Assembly: GCA_028534125.1 (NCBI GenBank)
Contig: CM052816.1
Span: 67,210,001-67,274,000 of the forward strand
Reading direction: 5' to 3'
DNA from: Lama glama
Lineage: Eukaryota
Length of the DNA: 64,000 nt
A program made the position numbers and the translations under genes. Positions 49,670 to 62,249 of this stretch are shown here, one piece after another. Under the pieces are notes generated by a model that saw only the letters and a program-made list of their open reading frames with translations, was not told the DNA's origin and made no database searches. The first letter of the stretch is position 1. Every line of letters begins with the position of its first letter.

Positions 49670-51042
49670 GATCTCCATCCATCTGACCAAGTCTAAATAC
49701 ATCTCTACCACCATCTTGCCTTTCCTCTCTGCAGCATTTGACAGAGTTAATACCACCCTCAATCTAGAAACACTGTCTCCACCCATTTGCAAAGGCTCTG
49801 CACTTTGGATACTGGCAACTACTTCTCAGTCTCCTTTGCTCCTGCTCCTCAGTTCTAAATGTCAGAATGCTCCAGGACCTAGTCTTCTCTTTACATCATC
49901 CCAAACTTATCTCATCCAGATTCATGACTTTAAATGACATTTATATACTTATGGACCCAAATTGTATATCTCTAGTTCAACTTCTCCCCTAAAACCCAGC
50001 TTATATACCCAGTCACCTTCACCAGTTGGCATTTCAAACTCAACATGTCTAAAACATCACTCCCAATAAACTGAATTCCTTTTCACGTAATTTGTCAGTC
50101 CAGAAACCCAGGAGTCATTCTGAGTCCTCTTTTCCCTCTAATTCCTTATCCAAGCCATCAAATCAAATCCTCTAACTCCTTATCCAAGTCATCAAATCCT
50201 GTTGATTCTATCTTCAAAATATGTCTCAAGTCCAAACTTTCTTAACATCTCCATCGATACCACTGTGGTCCAAGCCCCCATCATCTCCCCTTTGCACAGC
50301 TGCTAAAGCTTACTGGGTCTCCCAACTTCGGCTCTTCTCTGCCTTCAGTTTAGTCTTGATGTAGCAGCCAATCAAAACTCTTAAAAGATGATTCAAATTA
50401 TGCCATCTACCTTTGCTCAAATTCTTCATTGGATTTCCATTTATGATAAAAATCCAATGACCTTCAATGGTTTATACAAGCCTGACCTACCTACCTCTTA
50501 GGCCTCATCAGCTATCCCTCTTCCCTCACTCACTCGATCCATCCACCCAGGCCTTCTTGCTTCTTCTAATACTTCTCAAGCTTCAAGCTTGTTCCTGCCT
50601 CTGGATTTTAATACTAACTCTTTCTCCTACTGGGACATTATTCCCCCATAGGTTCACACAGCCTACTCCTTCACATAACTCAGGTCTCTCTACTCAAATG
50701 TAATCCCCTCAGAGAACACTTTCCTGATTGTCCTAGCTAAATTCATACTGTTAAACATGACCACCCCTGGCTCTACTCCTTTATCTTGCTTTAACTTCTT
50801 CAAAGCCCTTTGTATTATCTGGAATTATATTATTTTAATTATTACTAACAATAATTATATTATCATTGGTCCATATACATTTATCTATACATGGATTAAT
50901 TTACCCATTTAGTTGTTTATTCTCTGCCTCCCCATTAGAATATAATCTCCAAGGGATCTTGTCCTTTTTTCACTGCTGTTTTCCAGTGCTTACCATAAGT
51001 GCTTCAAACTCAGCAGGTGCTCAATAAATGCATTAATTGAAT
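49670..51042 (+). mobile_element. L2 (L2a-like) from RT to 3' end
   Basis: ORF 49716-49937 begins FLSAAFDRVNTTLNLETL (L2 RT motif LSAAFDTVDH..LLETL). Ends CAGGTGCTCAATAAATGCATTAATTGAAT. Confidence 0.9.
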
Positions 51043-53419
51043 AACTTAATTTTCTGGGTGTCCTATGCCATTCTGTGATACTCTGTTACTCTTTGGAATA
51101 TAGCCTTTATCTTTGGTATCTGGCTATAAACTTGCCAGACGTTCATTTTCTTTACAGTTCTTATCTACAGAATTTTTATCCCTTCAATACTGGCTACCCA
51201 CTTTACTAACTACGGAAAGACACACTTCTTTTGATATTTTTTAGATGTCGCATCTCTGCCTTTTTCACCCAAACACTCTGATCTCTGAGTAGTCCAAACA
51301 CAGCCTATGTACTCACAATGGTAAGAGTATTTTTATTATGTTCCTCTGGCAACAAGTACAATCTTCTGATCAGGCTCTAGAAAGAAAACATTTTCTCTCC
51401 TTATCTCTGTCTTCTCCCAGCCCCCACCTCAGCCGTAGACACACACAAATACTAGACAGCAATCCTGGGATGACATCACTTCCTGTACTGTGCTGTGGGT
51501 CAGTCCACGTCTACTCCTGTGTGAACTGCACAATCACAGATGAGAGGTAATGAGAAAACGCCACAGGATCCTTCCCCTTGACTGGGGCTGGGGTAGAAGG
51601 TTATCACTGCATGTATAAGAGGATATGCCTGTGTTTTGCTGGGACTAGTGTGCAGAAATAGAATTATAGTTGGATTGGCCCTGGTCTGGAAGTAGCCAAT
51701 AAGCAAAGCTCACAAACTAAAAAAATTAAAGCCCATTCCAGGCCATCTTAAAAATAAACAAATCTTTGAGAGAGGTGTATTAGAAACCATTTCAAAAAGT
51801 TATTTATAAACTTTTACTACGAAAATACATTAAACAGTTGAAAGAACAATGCAGTTTTACTAATCTAGGGTGAGACTCTATCACTGGAAGGCTTTCAAAA
51901 ATGGCTGAAAGCAATATTACTTTCCTGTACTTCATAGAAATCACATTTACATAATTGCATAAAGTGATTCAGAATTGACCTCACGTGTGATAGTGAAGGA
52001 AAATGCATTATGGAAATCACTTGCAAAAGCTAAGAGATCAGCCTATTTTTCAGAGCCCATAGAATTTATAATTATTCGTTTGCTGCTACATTCATTCTTT
52101 TTGAAAGATGTGACCCAGACTATTGTGAAGGCTCCAATATATGGCCTCCAATTTTTTTTTATTCACTTATGCTTGGCTAAGGAGAAAAAAAGAGCTTCCA
52201 TAATCTTTGTAGTCCATGCAATCAAATCTTTTTCATTTTTTATATCCCATTTCCATTCTTATCTGTTCTGCATGTAAATCTTCAGTTGTCCTCAAACAGG
52301 CAACTCCAGGAGGACTCTGATATTTCCCCTTCTTGACCTGGAATTCATTTGGAGCAGCACAAATCTCAAGCCACTTTATTGAATGAAGTTGGATACAAAT
52401 TGGATTTTAATTCATGTAGAGTGAAGATAGGAACTTGGATTATTGAAGAAAGGACAAGCATCAGTGAAAATGGTGTTTTTCTTTAAAAACCACACAATTA
52501 ACATTGAAATAAAGAAAACAGCTATTTTGTAAACAAGCATACAGCTTCTCCTAAAGTCATCAGTTTCTTAGGTAATACAAATACACTAAGAACTGTTACA
52601 TTGCCTTTCAGAGGATTCACGTCTGTGATCTTCAAACTTTTCATAGAAAACAGAGAGGAAAAATAATCAACACTACTGGTTTCCCAGGCAACTCTTACCA
52701 CACACCTACTATGTGTCAAATGTGTATCCTTAGCTCTGACAACAGAACGGCCTTTCCTGCATTAGTAAGAAAAAGGACACACTGCCACTTTGTGACTCAT
52801 AAAGCAACCCATTGTCTAAAATGTACAGCTTCTATTGTAAGACAATGCACACAAAGCGAGGCTCAAATGGTTTTAGTCATCTGTGGAACATGCTCATCAC
52901 TCATCAAGGCAGGTAACTTTCACTGGCCTCACCTACACACTCTCAGCTGACGCATGGCCCAGTGTGTACAAGTGAAGCTACTCTTTGCCCATGCCTCCAG
53001 TCTGCCCTGTTCCTGACAAAACCCCAGCAACTGCTGCTCCCACTCCCAGAAAACAGCTCTAAGAAAGGCTGAGATTTTCATGCAGTACCTCCACAGCTTC
53101 TGGGGGAATGTCTGCTTTCCTGGTGAGTGCTAACATCAGAGCCCCACCTTCCCCTTCTCACTTACCTGCCCTGCCCCACCCCTAGCCACCAGCAGGATCA
53201 AGACAAGTCTGTGCTTGGGAAAGCCCTCCTCTTTTGTGTACCTGCTCCCTCGGAAGGCCTGTGCTCCTTGCCTGCTTGGCTAGAAGGGGAGAGACTGAAG
53301 GAGGGGGGAGGGTAGGGAGAAATGGGTTACTGATCCTCTTGGAATCCTTATAAGGTGAACGTGCTCTGAATTTTCCAATCTAGTGCTTAAAACCTTCTTC
53401 CCCTGCCTAAAGTAAAACA

Positions 53420-53506
53420 TTATAGGTTGAGCCCATATAAAATTGCCAATATTCAACCATTTTTGACACATACAAAAATGTCAATTTCATACGGTTCAAC
53501 CTAATA
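53420..53506. mobile_element. MADE2-like mariner MITE
   Basis: Inverted ends TAGGTTGAGCCCATATAAAATTGCCA / TGTCAATTTCATACGGTTCAACCTA, about 80 bp, TA-flanked. Confidence 0.8.
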
Positions 53507-53989
53507 ATAAAGGGTGACTTGATTCTTTGAATAGATTAGTTCTAAAGCTCAGCTTTTTAAGGACTTGGAAGACTACCGTGACCTGCCACTTTGCTTCGTA
53601 ACATTGTTACTACGACAAATAGGTTCTACTTTCCTAACAACTGACAACAAACAAATTTTGGAACACAACCCAGTCATAAACTGAGGACTGTCTACAAAGG
53701 ATGTTCTTTCCTAGGCAAGTCAAGGCTGATGAATCGCATTTATTAGAATTACAGGCTAAGGAAACCACAAAAGGCTGTCTTTGGATCTCCAGAAGGCTGA
53801 GAGCCTTCTGGCTCCAAAACATAATCATAATCCAAAGTTGTCTGGTGGTGAGCCAGGCCATCCTAGAGAGAACTGGAACCAGGGAAACAATTCTACTCAA
53901 GAGGCTGGATGAAAGCCACAGGCCTGAACATGGAGGCACAGCAAAGGCTGACTAATCTAAGGATGGACAGATGGGAATATAGCCAAAAA

Positions 53990-54162
53990 CAGTGATTTTC
54001 GACCATGCCTCTTTACTGGAATAACCCATAGAGGTTTAAAAATCCTGGTGCCTATGCATTCCCAGAAATTCTAATTTCACTGATCCAGAGTGCATCCTGG
54101 GCATTCAAATACTACAAAGTTCCCTAGGCAATTCTAATGAGCCATCCCTATTGAGAACTATT
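53990..54162. mobile_element. MER5-like hAT MITE
   Basis: CAGTGATTTTC...CCCAGAAATTCTAATTTCACTG...TTGAGAACTATTG. Confidence 0.65.
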
Positions 54163-54837
54163 GTTCTAAAGATTAGTCCAAAACCAGGAGAGAGATTCAA
54201 TAGCATAAATTGTATTTGAAAGTCCAAAATGAGTCCTTGATGTAGGGTGTCACCCAAACAGGTGAGGCCAGTGGTCAGAAGTCCCCGTGGTGGGTGTCTG
54301 GAAGCGTGCAGGCTGCAAGAAAGTCAAGAAGGCCTGGGACATCAGCCCTGTGCGTCACAGGAACCAGTCAGGGGTTCAGGGGTAAGGGGATGAGAAGGGA
54401 CAGCAGTGACGGCTGATGGAAAAAAGGCTAGAAACCAGGCACAAAATTCCACCACTAAGAAAACCCTGAAGCCATGGCAAGAATCAAAGAAACAAGGCTC
54501 TGTGCTTGACAGACATGAGGTAGCACCACGAAGCTGAAAGGTGAGGAAGTTCATTCAATGCTAAGTTCTCAGCTCCTTCTTTTCCTTCTCCTTACAGGCA
54601 GGAGGGTTCCTACAGCTGCAAGGAGACTCCATTAACCCAGAGGCAGGAGTAAAGACTCTAAGAGCAAGAACTCAGCAGGTCTTTATAGTTTTTTCCTCAA
54701 AATGAAGAGCCTACTTCCTCCTGTCTGCCATGCCCCAAAGAGAGGGCTGTTTCCTTTAAACTCTGCTTGAGACCTAATTCTTCAGGAAGTTTTCTAATCA
54801 AACAGCATAACTTATGGCCCACTCTCTTGCCTCAATG

Positions 54838-54930
54838 TATAGTCATGTACAGTTGTACAGTTTGTACACTGCACAAAGGCACCCAACTTTGAGGAGATGG
54901 AAACTAAAGTCATGCAGCCTGGTGCAGGGC
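54838..54930. mobile_element. MER91-like hAT-Tip100 fragment
   Basis: GTTGTACAGTTTGTACACTGCACAAAGGCACC resembles MER91 as recalled. Confidence 0.45.
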
Positions 54931-56454
54931 TCTTTCTGCCCAGAGAACCCCCTTTCTCTAATTTGCACAACTCAGTGTAGGCTAGCAGCAGCTCTGACAA
55001 TGGTGACTGATTTGTATCTATTCATATATTTGCTGACTGAGTAATTAATATACTGACCCTACTCCATCTCCCCTACAAGGCTTCTGCACTTAACTTTGCT
55101 CACAAACATTTTCTTCCTACAAAATGCTTGTGCAACTAAAAAAAAAAATCCATCTGGTGTAGCAAGGGAAAGCTTGTTCTCTCCCCAGCCAATTTTACCC
55201 ACTGACGACAGCAGAGAAAAGCATAAGGGCCCCTTGTTTTGCTGTCTTTGTTTCCCATGTCATGAACAAAATTGCCCAGGAATTATGAACAGTTAGCAAA
55301 TGGTGTACAAGACCAAAAATCAAACACCAGCTCTATGAACAGAACCAGGCTGGCCCCAGCAAAGCCAAGCTGCAGGAGTTCTGGAACAAGAATTAGGGAA
55401 TCAAGTTCTACCCCTGGCCCTGGCCCCAGCTCACTGCTGACCCTCACTTGCTCTCCCATCCCCAGCCTCCCAGAGCACCACAGTGCTTTGTGACCTGTAC
55501 TGTAGAGCAAAGATCACCGAGATGCTACTTGAAGGAGTCTGAACATCTCGGACAAAGGTCACAGAGGCAAGTCACTGCTGGGAGACCTCCTCAGGTGTGT
55601 CTCTCCCTGGGGTCCAGCTCTCTCTAGGGCTGTGCAGCTACTGTTTGGATGCCAGCCCTTGACTGATGGGATTCATGGGAGGAGAAATGGGTGGTAAGAA
55701 ACATCTCATGCCCCAACCTGACAGGCATTTTTGACAGAGCTTAACCCAACAGTGTAGAAAAATTCAAGTAAAATGTGGCTGTGCCTTTAAAGAACAGATA
55801 TGTCCTGTACATTTGCACTGGCTTTCTCTCTGCTCTCCCACACTATCCCTCCTCCATGCCTCACTCAATATTAAACCCTTTGATACCCATGTGTTTTGTC
55901 CCATGATTCCATCACAACTGTGATCCAAGTGATCCCAAATAGACCTCATTGTCTGGCCTTTGTCCCTTTCTTTACCAGTGAAAGCACCCCTTCTGTTATG
56001 GAAATCATATCTATTCTAAAGTTGGGAACATGGCCCCCTGCTCCCAGCTGACAGGGTTCTCTGAATACATGTCCAAGTCTGATTGTGTTGGCTGCCCAGA
56101 GAATTCTCTCCCTTCTCTAACGCGGGAGGCAACCCACAGAAGGAGAGAGTGGGGAACACACCTTTAGAATTTATTCATATTTGGGTTCTGGTCTCACATC
56201 CATTTCTTCCTTCCATTCACTCACTGGAATGCTCTGATAATGTAAGGAATGTGCAGATCGAATAGGAAAAAGAAGTTCCTACTTAATATAGATGGAGTTC
56301 TTGTTATACCTAGGAACTATCACCCTCTCAGGTGAGCGGATTCGGGGGTCCTGTCCTAATAGTGCCCTCCCCTCCGAGTGCCATCTTTTTCTGGGAACTT
56401 ACAATGCAAGACTGGGTGGGGGGAGGACTTTTTGCATGTTTTGCTTTGCTCTGG

Positions 56455-56491
56455 TGTTTTGTTTTGTTCTGTTCTGTTTCGTTTTGTTTTG
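56455..56491. repeat. (GTTTT/GTTCT)n pentanucleotide repeat
   Basis: Directly visible. Confidence 0.9.
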
Positions 56492-56639
56492 CAAAGAACC
56501 ATATCTCTCTCTTTACTGATAAACTGCTTTCCCCTTGCTCAGCTAGAAGAGGCCATGGGCCTGGGAATCTGTGATGATACTGCCCTCCCTTCCATTCAGT
56601 CCACACCCCAACCCCTGCACCCGACTTAAGAGACTCAGA

Positions 56640-56692
56640 AGTTGGACCAAGCTACCCCTAAGGTCCTTTCCAACTTGAAATTCTATCATTCT
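56640..56692 (+). mobile_element. L3/MIR3 3' terminus
   Basis: TTGGACCA...CTAAGGTCCTTTCCAACTTGAAATTCTATCATTCT. Confidence 0.6.
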
Positions 56693-57090
56693 TGGAAAAT
56701 GTTTCACCTACTGAAAAATTGTTTGCAAGCATAGCCTGTTATGGTGTTTCTCCTTTTCATGATTCACTTTCAGCTAGGCTAGTTAAAATCAAAAGGAATA
56801 AAAAGTAACAGAATCACAGGCCTGTGGTTATTATTATTAATAGGAAACTTTAATTTGAAAACCTCAGTCTTCTCATTTGCAGGGTGAGATGTATAACATC
56901 TATACTTGTACTTCTAATTCTTTTCCACTTTATTTTTCTTCTCCAGAAAAAGTATCCTCCAAGCAAATAAACCAAAAAGTAGAATATATTTAAATTATAA
57001 GTAGGCATGATTTAAATTACCCATCCATATAAAATTAAATGGGTAGGAATGCAGGGTCCTATCTTAGGAGAGACCTAAAACTACCTAAGT

Positions 57091-57313
57091 CAGTGATTCT
57101 CACCTAGGGGCAATTCCCCAGGTTCAGGGGACATTTGGCAATGTCTGGGGACCTTTTTGGATATCACAAATGGGGAACGTAGGTAAAGGTGCTTTTGGCA
57201 TCTAGTGGGTAAAGGCCAGAGACATTGCTAAACATCCTATAATGCACAGGACAGCCCCCACAACAAAGAATTATCCAGCCCCAAAATGCCAATGCCAATG
57301 TTGAAAAACCCTG
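57091..57313. mobile_element. MER20 hAT-Charlie MITE
   Basis: CAGTGATTCTCA...GGGGACATTTGGCAATGTCTGG...CCAGCCCCAAAATGCCAAT...GTTGAAAAACCCTG. Confidence 0.9.
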
Positions 57314-57563
57314 GTCTAGATTTATGAATGTTCCTGGAAATACAAAGCCATTAATTTTCCATACAAAAGAGAAAATCATTTATTCTCATTAATAAGTAGT
57401 AGACTCACTAAGTCAGGTAGCCTCAGAGACAGCAATCTGTAGATCTGAAGGAACTACATAAATTTGAGAGTAAAGACTTAAGAGGTAGGACTTGCAAGCT
57501 TCTCCGTTTAAAGAGGTGTGCTGTGCCACAGAGCAACTTCCCAGTTAGCCAGTAAAGAATGTT

Positions 57564-57579
57564 GCTGCCACCTAGGGGA
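57564..57579 (-). promoter_or_regulatory. Candidate CTCF site
   Basis: Minus strand reads TCCCCTAGGTGGCAGC, one mismatch from the core CCACYAGRKGGCR; lies in non-repeat sequence. Motif match only. Confidence 0.4.
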
Positions 57580-58035
57580 TGAAAGGAGCATCCTCCAAAG
57601 CACCCCATTCTGAGCTCCAGACAGGAGCCACGAGGTCTGCAGGCATACAACACACATAATTCCCACATTCAGAACACCGAAAAGAAAAGTAATAATAATA
57701 ATAACTTTGGGTTTTATGCCAAGCAATTGTTTACAACTTTTTAAAATTATATATGACTCAGGGTCTACAGTGCCTTCAATTAATTTTCCTCCATTTTCAT
57801 TTGTGTGGTATGAAATGGAAAGTCCAGGTTTCTGATAAGAGTAACAGGTGTTTGGTGGTTTTTTATTCTCATAGCTCATTGGGGTAGAAAGGGGTGAGGC
57901 AGTCAGTGACCCCAGAACTCTCTGATAGGACTTGTCCTTCTACTCACCCTTTCCTCTATTTTTGTTTTATATATATATATATAGAATATACTTATAAATA
58001 TACACTATAGTTAAATGAATAAAGTGTATATATAT

Positions 58036-60412
58036 ATTTTATTCACTTAACTATAGTTGATTTACAATATTGTGTTAGTTTCAGGTGTAGAGCCTCAGAT
58101 TCTTTTCCATGATAGGTTATTGCAAGATATTGAATACAGTTCCCCCTGCTACAGAATAAATCCTTATTGTTTATCTATTATATATATAGTGGTATATATC
58201 TGTTAATTCTATTCTCTTAATTTATCCCTCCCTCCCCTTTCCTCTTTGGTAACTATAAGTTTTTTCTCGATGTCTGTGAGTCTATTTCTGTTTTGTAAAT
58301 AAGCTCATTTGTATCATATTTATAGTCCACATACAGTGATATAATATTTGTCTTTCTCTGTTTGAGTTACTTCACTTAGTATGACAATATCTAGGCCCAT
58401 CCATGTTGTTGCAAATGGCATTATTTCATTCTTTTTATGGCTGAGTAATATTCCATTGTATATACATACCACATCTTCTTTATCTGTTCATCTTTTGATG
58501 GACACTTAGGTTGCTTCCATATCTTGACTATTGTGAATAGTGCTGCTATGGACACTGGGGTGCATGTATCTTTCTGAATTAGAGTTTTTATCTTTTCTGG
58601 ATATATACCCAGGAGCAGGATTACTGGATCATATGGTAGCTCTATTTTTAGTTTTCTAAGGAATCTACAGACTATTATCTATGGTGGCTGCACCAATTTA
58701 CATTCCAACCAATAATGTAGGTGGGTTCCCTTTCCTCTACATCCTCTCCAGCATTTATTGTTTGTGGACTTTTTAATGATGGTTATTCTGACTGGTGTGA
58801 GGTGATACTTAACTGTAGATTTTATTTGTATTTCTCTGATAATCAGCAATATCTTTTCATGTGACTGTGGGCCATCTGTGTGTCTTCTTTGGAGAAATGT
58901 CTGTTTAGGTCATCTACCCATTTTGTGATTGAGTTGCTTAGTTTTTTTGATATTGAGTTGTATGAGCTGTCTGTATATTATGGATAGTAAGCCCCTGTCA
59001 GCTGCATCATTTGCAAATATTTTCTCCCATCCATAGTTTGTCTTTTCATTTTGTTTATGGTTTCTTTTTCTGTGCAAAAGCTTTTAAGTTTAATTAGGTC
59101 ACATTTATTTATTTTTGCTTTTATTTCTATTGCCTTGGGAGATTAAGAAAATATTACTATGAATTTATGTCCTTACTGTGATTTATGTCCAAGAATGTTT
59201 TGTCTATGGTTTCTTCTAGTTTTATGGTGTGATGTCTTATATGTAAGTCTTTAAGCCATTTTGAGTTTATTTTTGTGTATGCTGTGAGGGAGTGTTCTAA
59301 CTTCATTGGTTAACATGCAGCTGTCCAGCTTTCCTGACACTACTTGCTGAAGAGATTGTCTTTTCTCCACTGGATATTTTTCCTCCTTTGTTGAAGATTA
59401 ATTGATCATAGGTGTGTGGGTTTATTTCTGGACTCTCTACTCTGTCCCATTGATCAATATGCCTGTTTTTCTGCCAATACCACACTGTACTGATTACTGT
59501 AGCTTTGTATTACTGTCTGAAGTCTGGGAGGGTTATGCCTCCAGGTTTGTTATTTTGCCTCAGAATTGCTTTGGCAATTCTGGGTCTTTTGTGATTCCAT
59601 ATAAATTTTAGGATTATTTGGTCTGTAAAAAATGTCATACATAATTTGATAGGGATAACATTATATCTGTAGATTGCTTTAGGTAGTATGGCTACTTTAA
59701 CAATATTAATCTTCCAATCCAAGAGCATGGGATATGTTTCCACTGCTTTGTATTAACTTCAGTTTCCTTTATCAATGGTTTATAGTTCTCAGTGTATAGG
59801 TTTTTCACCTCCTTGGTTAGGTTTATTCTTAGATTATTTATTTTTGATGCAATTTTAAACAGGATTTTTTTTAACTTTCTCTTTCTCATATTTCACTGTT
59901 AGCGTAAAAAAATCCAACAGATTTCTGTATATTGATCTTGTATCCTGCTACCTTGCTGAATTCATTTATTAGTTATAACAGTTTTTGTGTGAAGTTTTTA
60001 GAATTTTCTATATAGCGTATCCTGTTATCTGCATACAATGACAATTTTACCTCTTACCATCCAATTTGGATTTTTTTTATTTCAGTTTTTTTTTTTTTTG
60101 TCTGATTGCTGTGACTAGGACTTCCAATACTTTGTTGAATAGACGTGGTGAGAGTGGGCATCCTTGTCTTGTTCCAGAATTTAGTGGGAAGATGTTCAGC
60201 TTTTCATTTGCATATTATATTGGCTGTGGGTTTGTTGTAAATGGCTTTTATTATGTTGCGATATGTTCCCTCTATACTCATGGCAAGAGTTTTTACCATG
60301 AATGGATGTTGAATTTTATCAAATGCTTTTTCTGCCGCTATTGAGATGATCATGAGCTTTTTGTCTTTTCTTTTGTTGCTGGGAATATCACATTGATTGA
60401 TTTGCATTCATT
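58036..60412 (-). mobile_element. 5'-truncated L1 (ORF2 RT to 3' UTR), laurasiatherian type
   Basis: Minus ORFs give ORF2p remnants: [31 protein letters not shown]...[34 protein letters not shown]. Confidence 0.93.
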
Positions 60413-61360
60413 AAGCCATTCTTTATTCTCCCTTTTCTTTGGATCATTGCCAAACAATGGTAAGTTCTCAGCAAATTAAAAATCAAGGGAATTCCTTTGC
60501 TTTAAAAAAATTATGAAATTTAAAAATTAAATTCACTCTATTGAAATGAAAATTAAAAAGAACCAGAGTGTAGACAGAAATCTTTCTCCAGCCAAACACA
60601 CATTGTTACTCCTACACACACACAGTCCATAAAAATAATAGCTGAAAGAACTTCTCTAAGAACTCTGAAAAGAATAGAAAGAGGAATTTGCACCACCTTC
60701 CCTGTAATTTCCAGAGAAACCAGACCTCAAGTTGGAGGAGTGCAGTTTACCCAGAATTATAGGCTCTGTCTTCATTATTTCCAATGGTCTTTCTCAAGTT
60801 TTATCATGGCAGGATGAGCTGAACCTTGACTATTTTTCTTGTGCCAAAGGTAGAAAGCTTTCAACTCCTTCACCATAGAGATTCCTAAACATCTTAAAAC
60901 AATGAGGAAACTTACTGTGATCTTCACAACATGCCTTTTGAATGAGTTCTGAACTCTGTTTCTGTGTTTCAGATGAAGAGATGATGGTTGATCAGTTGGT
61001 CACTTGGTTGGTTGGTTTTTTTAAGATTAGGACATTTTGTCCCAACCCACACAGTCCTTTACTGCCCAGACCAGGTCATAGTTCAGGGTGGTTGCATAAA
61101 ATGAGACGGTTCTTTCTCCTCATTGTTTTAATGGAGCAGCCCTACCCTCTTCCATCTCTGAGTTTGCTGAGGTCCTACAAATACGACAATCTTGAGCTTA
61201 TTCTATTCAAGGGGAAAAGCTTTGAGGGAAACTACCATTAGAGGAAGAGAAGAGAAACTCATGTTATAACTTGGACATGATTCCATAATTGGCCAAAAGG
61301 AAGAATTATCTGAGATCTGCGTGATCTCTTTTACAGCCCACAGAACACACATGGTTGGGT

Positions 61361-61395
61361 AGATGGATGAATGAATGGATGGATGGATGGATGAA
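61361..61395. repeat. (GGAT/GAAT)n repeat
   Basis: Directly visible. Confidence 0.9.
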
Positions 61396-61589
61396 CAGAG
61401 GTGAGCAAGGCACAGAATTTCCACTAGAGTTCCAGCATTTCCATGAATTTTCTACAGCCCAATTCTCCCAAACAAAGAATCTCATGTAATTGAACATGAA
61501 AAAGTCCTTTCGTAGACAAATGCAGTGTTCTTTAGGGTAGATACCATTATTAGTATTCATATTATATTAAAAATTAGTGTGTTTGGGTT

Positions 61590-61700
61590 GTACAAAAAAA
61601 TCATCTATTTATCTCACAGTTATTGTGAAAATCAAGTGAGATAAGGCAAAGACAGCTCTTAAAAGGCAGGATGTATATATAAGATGTCATTGTTATTGTC
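61590..61700 (+). mobile_element. MIR 3' fragment
   Basis: ATCTCACAGTTATTGTGAAAATCAAGTGAGATAA. Confidence 0.6.
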
Positions 61701-62249
61701 AAATACAGTAAAACTGAACTGAAACAACTTATATGTCACAGAGTCAATTTTCCCAAAGGTGACAGCATGTCTCCATGGACATAGACGCTTATTCTCTCAA
61801 AGATCACATATATAGAACTATCCCTCCCCTCCAAAAAAAGGAAACATGATTTAGTAAGTAGACAGCATAATCTGAAATCGAAACATCCCCCATCCAGTTC
61901 CAGGAAATATGGTTCTTATATCTAGCCTAACTCATTATTTTATCTTACAGAGGGAAAGGACCCTTAAAGAACATCTACTGGAACTCTTCATCAATTTATT
62001 TATTATCTGTGTCTTATATGATATGGGGGAAATTTCTGCGATACACTGATATGTAAAGAAAGCAAGATACAAAACTGTATATTACAAGGTCTCAACTGTG
62101 TAGGAAAAATATGTGAAAAGCACAATAGTGATTATCTCTGGATGATGAGATTAGAGATTTTTTTCTGGTGAAGGTCCAATACTTTGTAACTTGTTGGTTC
62201 TTATCAAAATTATATATGCATACTTCAGAGATATTTAGTTATAAAAGGC

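Noticed and set aside
11686..57760. Scattered AP-1 (TGACTCA/TGAGTCA) and octamer motifs
   Set aside because: Frequency is about what chance predicts for 7-8-mers; no clustering.
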